A DNA stretch of 64,000 nt from Bryobacteraceae bacterium (GTDB lineage Bacteria; Acidobacteriota; Terriglobia; Bryobacterales; Bryobacteraceae). Position numbers and translations under genes: made by a program. A model generated the notes under the pieces. It worked only from the letters and a program-made list of their open reading frames with translations. It had not been told where the DNA came from and did no database searches. The stretch is from NCBI GenBank assembly GCA_036500405.1, contig DASYCD010000256.1, forward strand, positions 5,816 to 69,815, given 5' to 3'. Numbering within the stretch: the stretch's first letter is position 1; the number at the start of each line of letters is the position of its first letter. This document shows positions 62,083-64,000 of this stretch, piece by piece.

Positions 62083-64000
62083 ATGCGACGATCGATGACG
62101 TTCGTTGCGGCGCTCTCTGTATTGCTTGCCGTTACGCTGACCTACACGAATCATTTTCATAACGCGTTTCAGTTCGATGATTTTCACAGCATCACAGACA
62201 ACGTCTTTATCCGCGACCTCTCGAATATTCCGAAGTTTTTCACCGACGCCCGGACGTCCAGCGTCTATCCCACGCACCAGGCATGGCGTCCGCTCGTCAC
62301 AACGTCTCTGGCGCTCGACTACTGGCTCGGCCAGGGTTACAACACCTTCTATTTCCATCTCTCCACGTTCCTGTGGTTCCTGACGCTGCTGGTTTTCGCA
62401 GCCTGGCTATTCCGGGCCATTCTCGACAAAGTCGAGCCCGATCCGCGAAATCTCTGGATTGCCTGGTTTGCGGCGGCCTGGTTCGGCCTGCATCCCGCGA
62501 TTGCCGAAACGGTGAATTACATCATCCAGCGGGCGGACCTGATGTCCACGTGCGGCGTGGTTGCCGGCGTTGCGATCTACGCGGCCTTGCCGAAGTGGCG
62601 GGCGTGGGGCATCTACCTGCTGCCAGTCGCGATCGCCTTTCTTTGTAAGCCGCCCGCCATGATTTTTCCGGCGTTGCTGGCCCTGTATATTTTCCTGTTC
62701 GAAGAGGATGCATCGCGCGGGAGCTGGCCGCGGGTGTTTCGGAGGACATTGCCATCGTTGGCCCTGACGATTGCGTTCCTTGCGCTTCAGGCCACAATGA
62801 CGCCGAAGAGCTTTTCGCCCGGATCTGTTTCGGCGTGGCGCTACCTCATCACACAGCCCTATGTCTGGTTCCGTTATTTCGTTTCGTTTTTCCTGCCGTT
62901 CCACCTGAGCGCCGATACCGATCTCTCCGCGCTGAGCAGTCTGCTGAGCCTGGAGGCGCTGGGAGGGCTGCTCTTTGTTGCCGTGCTCGTCTTCGCAATC
63001 GTCGTTTTGTCGAAACGTCCGGCGGCGCGGCCGGTTGGGTTCGGACTCGGGTGGTTTGCGCTGAGCCTGATTCCGACTTCGATCTTCCCGCTCGCGGAGG
63101 TCGAAAACGATCACCGCATGTTTCTTCCATTTATTGGCCTGGTGCTCGCGGGTGCGTGGACAGGCGCGGCGATCCTGAGACGACGCCGCGAATTCCAGAC
63201 CGTTCTTGTAGCCGGAGCGCTCTGCGTGCTGCTCCTCTACGCCCTGGGAACTCGCCGCCGCAACGAAGTCTGGCGAACGCAGGACAGTCTCTGGGAAGAC
63301 GTGACTTTGAAGAGTCCCCAAAACGGCCGGGGACTGATGAATTATGGGCTGGCGCGAATGTCCGTCGGGGACTATCGCGTGGCGCTGAATTATTTCGAAC
63401 GCGCGCTTCAGTACACGCCCAACTATCCGTCGTTGGAGATCAACCTCGGAATCGATTCCAGCGCTTTGGGCCGCGACACGGAAGCCGAGGCGCACTTCCG
63501 GCGCGCGATCGCACTCGCTCCCACAGACTCCGAGCCGCATTATTACTACGGGCGATGGCTCCGCGGCAAAGGACGGAATGATGAGGCTATCGGGGAGTTG
63601 CGGACAGCGATCGGCTTCAATCGCGCGGACATGAACTCTCGTGTTCTGCTGCTCGCCACGTACGCGGATAAGGGAGATTGGGCGCAGCTCAAACCGTTGG
63701 CGATGGAAACGCTGCAACTCGCGCCGAACGATCCGGAAGTCCGCCGTTATGCGTCCATGCAGCCGTCGCAGCAACAGCCGCGGCCAGCGGCGGCTGCTCC
63801 CGCGAATGCGGTAGATTCGATGATCAACCTTTCCCTTCAGGCGTTTCAGAAGGGGGACTTCGAAGGCTGCATCCGTGACGCGAAGATGGCGCTCCAGCTA
63901 AAGAAGGATTCCGCGGAAGCCTGGAATAACATCATCGCCGCAAATAACGCGCTTCACCGATGGGATGAAGCCATCCAGGCGGGCCACGAGGCGCTCCGGA
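62083..64000 (+). CDS. TMTC/PMT-like GT-C-fold membrane protein with C-terminal TPR repeats (3' end outside window; absent from ORF track)
   Basis: I translated 639 codons from ATG 62083 to the window end without a stop. It has about 10 TM helices, FQFDDFHSITDN after TM1 (an acidic GT-C loop motif), then TPR repeats (GLMNYGLARMSVGDYRVALNYFERALQYTPNY...). Confidence 0.75.
   Translation, partial: MRRSMTFVAALSVLLAVTLTYTNHFHNAFQFDDFHSITDNVFIRDLSNIPKFFTDARTSSVYPTHQAWRPLVTTSLALDYWLGQGYNTFYFHLSTFLWFLTLLVFAAWLFRAILDKVEPDPRNLWIAWFAAAWFGLHPAIAETVNYIIQRADLMSTCGVVAGVAIYAALPKWRAWGIYLLPVAIAFLCKPPAMIFPALLALYIFLFEEDASRGSWPRVFRRTLPSLALTIAFLALQATMTPKSFSPGSVSAWRYLITQPYVWFRYFVSFFLPFHLSADTDLSALSSLLSLEALGGLLFVAVLVFAIVVLSKRPAARPVGFGLGWFALSLIPTSIFPLAEVENDHRMFLPFIGLVLAGAWTGAAILRRRREFQTVLVAGALCVLLLYALGTRRRNEVWRTQDSLWEDVTLKSPQNGRGLMNYGLARMSVGDYRVALNYFERALQYTPNYPSLEINLGIDSSALGRDTEAEAHFRRAIALAPTDSEPHYYYGRWLRGKGRNDEAIGELRTAIGFNRADMNSRVLLLATYADKGDWAQLKPLAMETLQLAPNDPEVRRYASMQPSQQQPRPAAAAPANAVDSMINLSLQAFQKGDFEGCIRDAKMALQLKKDSAEAWNNIIAANNALHRWDEAIQAGHEALR

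Noticed and set aside
62407-63774. 455-aa minus-strand ORF listed in the track.
   Set aside because: It lies antisense to the uninterrupted TMTC-like/TPR ORF that runs off the window. Its translation is Arg-rich and motif-free, whereas the plus-strand product has TM helices and TPR repeats.

Overview
Visibly GC-rich chromosomal segment. It is most likely from an Acidobacteriota genome of the Solibacter/Bryobacter type. This is an inference from three paralogues of the VWFA-related Acidobacterial domain family and two copies of the domain catalogued as Solibacter uncharacterized C-terminal domain. I see no rRNA, tRNA, CRISPR array, transposase or prophage.

Gene content, left to right:
- pdxS-pdxT plus a low-molecular-weight tyrosine phosphatase.
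- VWA proteins (one looks frameshifted), a GH27 alpha-galactosidase, a GT2 module, GH3, a rhomboid protease, a desaturase and an M1 peptidase.
- An 11-gene, roughly 15 kb, single-strand Wzx/Wzy-type exopolysaccharide operon (18116-33082, minus strand). It sits behind a textbook sigma-54 promoter, TGGCAC-N5-TTGCA.
- A divergent NarL-type two-component pair.
- A GAF/degenerate-DHp protein co-transcribed with an NtrC-type sigma-54 activator.
- A divergent stressosome module (rsbS-rsbT-PP2C-rsbR) with no sigma-B partner-switching genes.
- An LLM oxidoreductase / adenylation enzyme / carrier protein operon, also behind a sigma-54-like promoter.
- A carbamoyltransferase pair and a fumarase/aspartase-family gene.
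- An operon of DUF899, ECF41-type sigma factor, PAS/partial receiver, MEDS and LarA-like genes.

The most unusual locus is 55.5-64 kb. It encodes a 994-aa secreted collagen-like protein with 128 Gly-X-Y triplets in four blocks, about 45 percent of them G-X-Thr and none containing Lys or Arg. These blocks are interleaved with globular and CBM-like modules. Tightly packed downstream are a phage-tail-collar protein, an unknown protein, a GNAT, a beta-hydroxylase/Nif11-like/sulfotransferase fusion and a TMTC-like GT-C/TPR membrane protein. That last ORF runs off the window and is missing from the supplied ORF track.

Many ORF-track starts are over-extended and were trimmed where start/stop overlaps or Shine-Dalgarno motifs supported it. 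All family assignments come from motif recognition by eye, not from searches.
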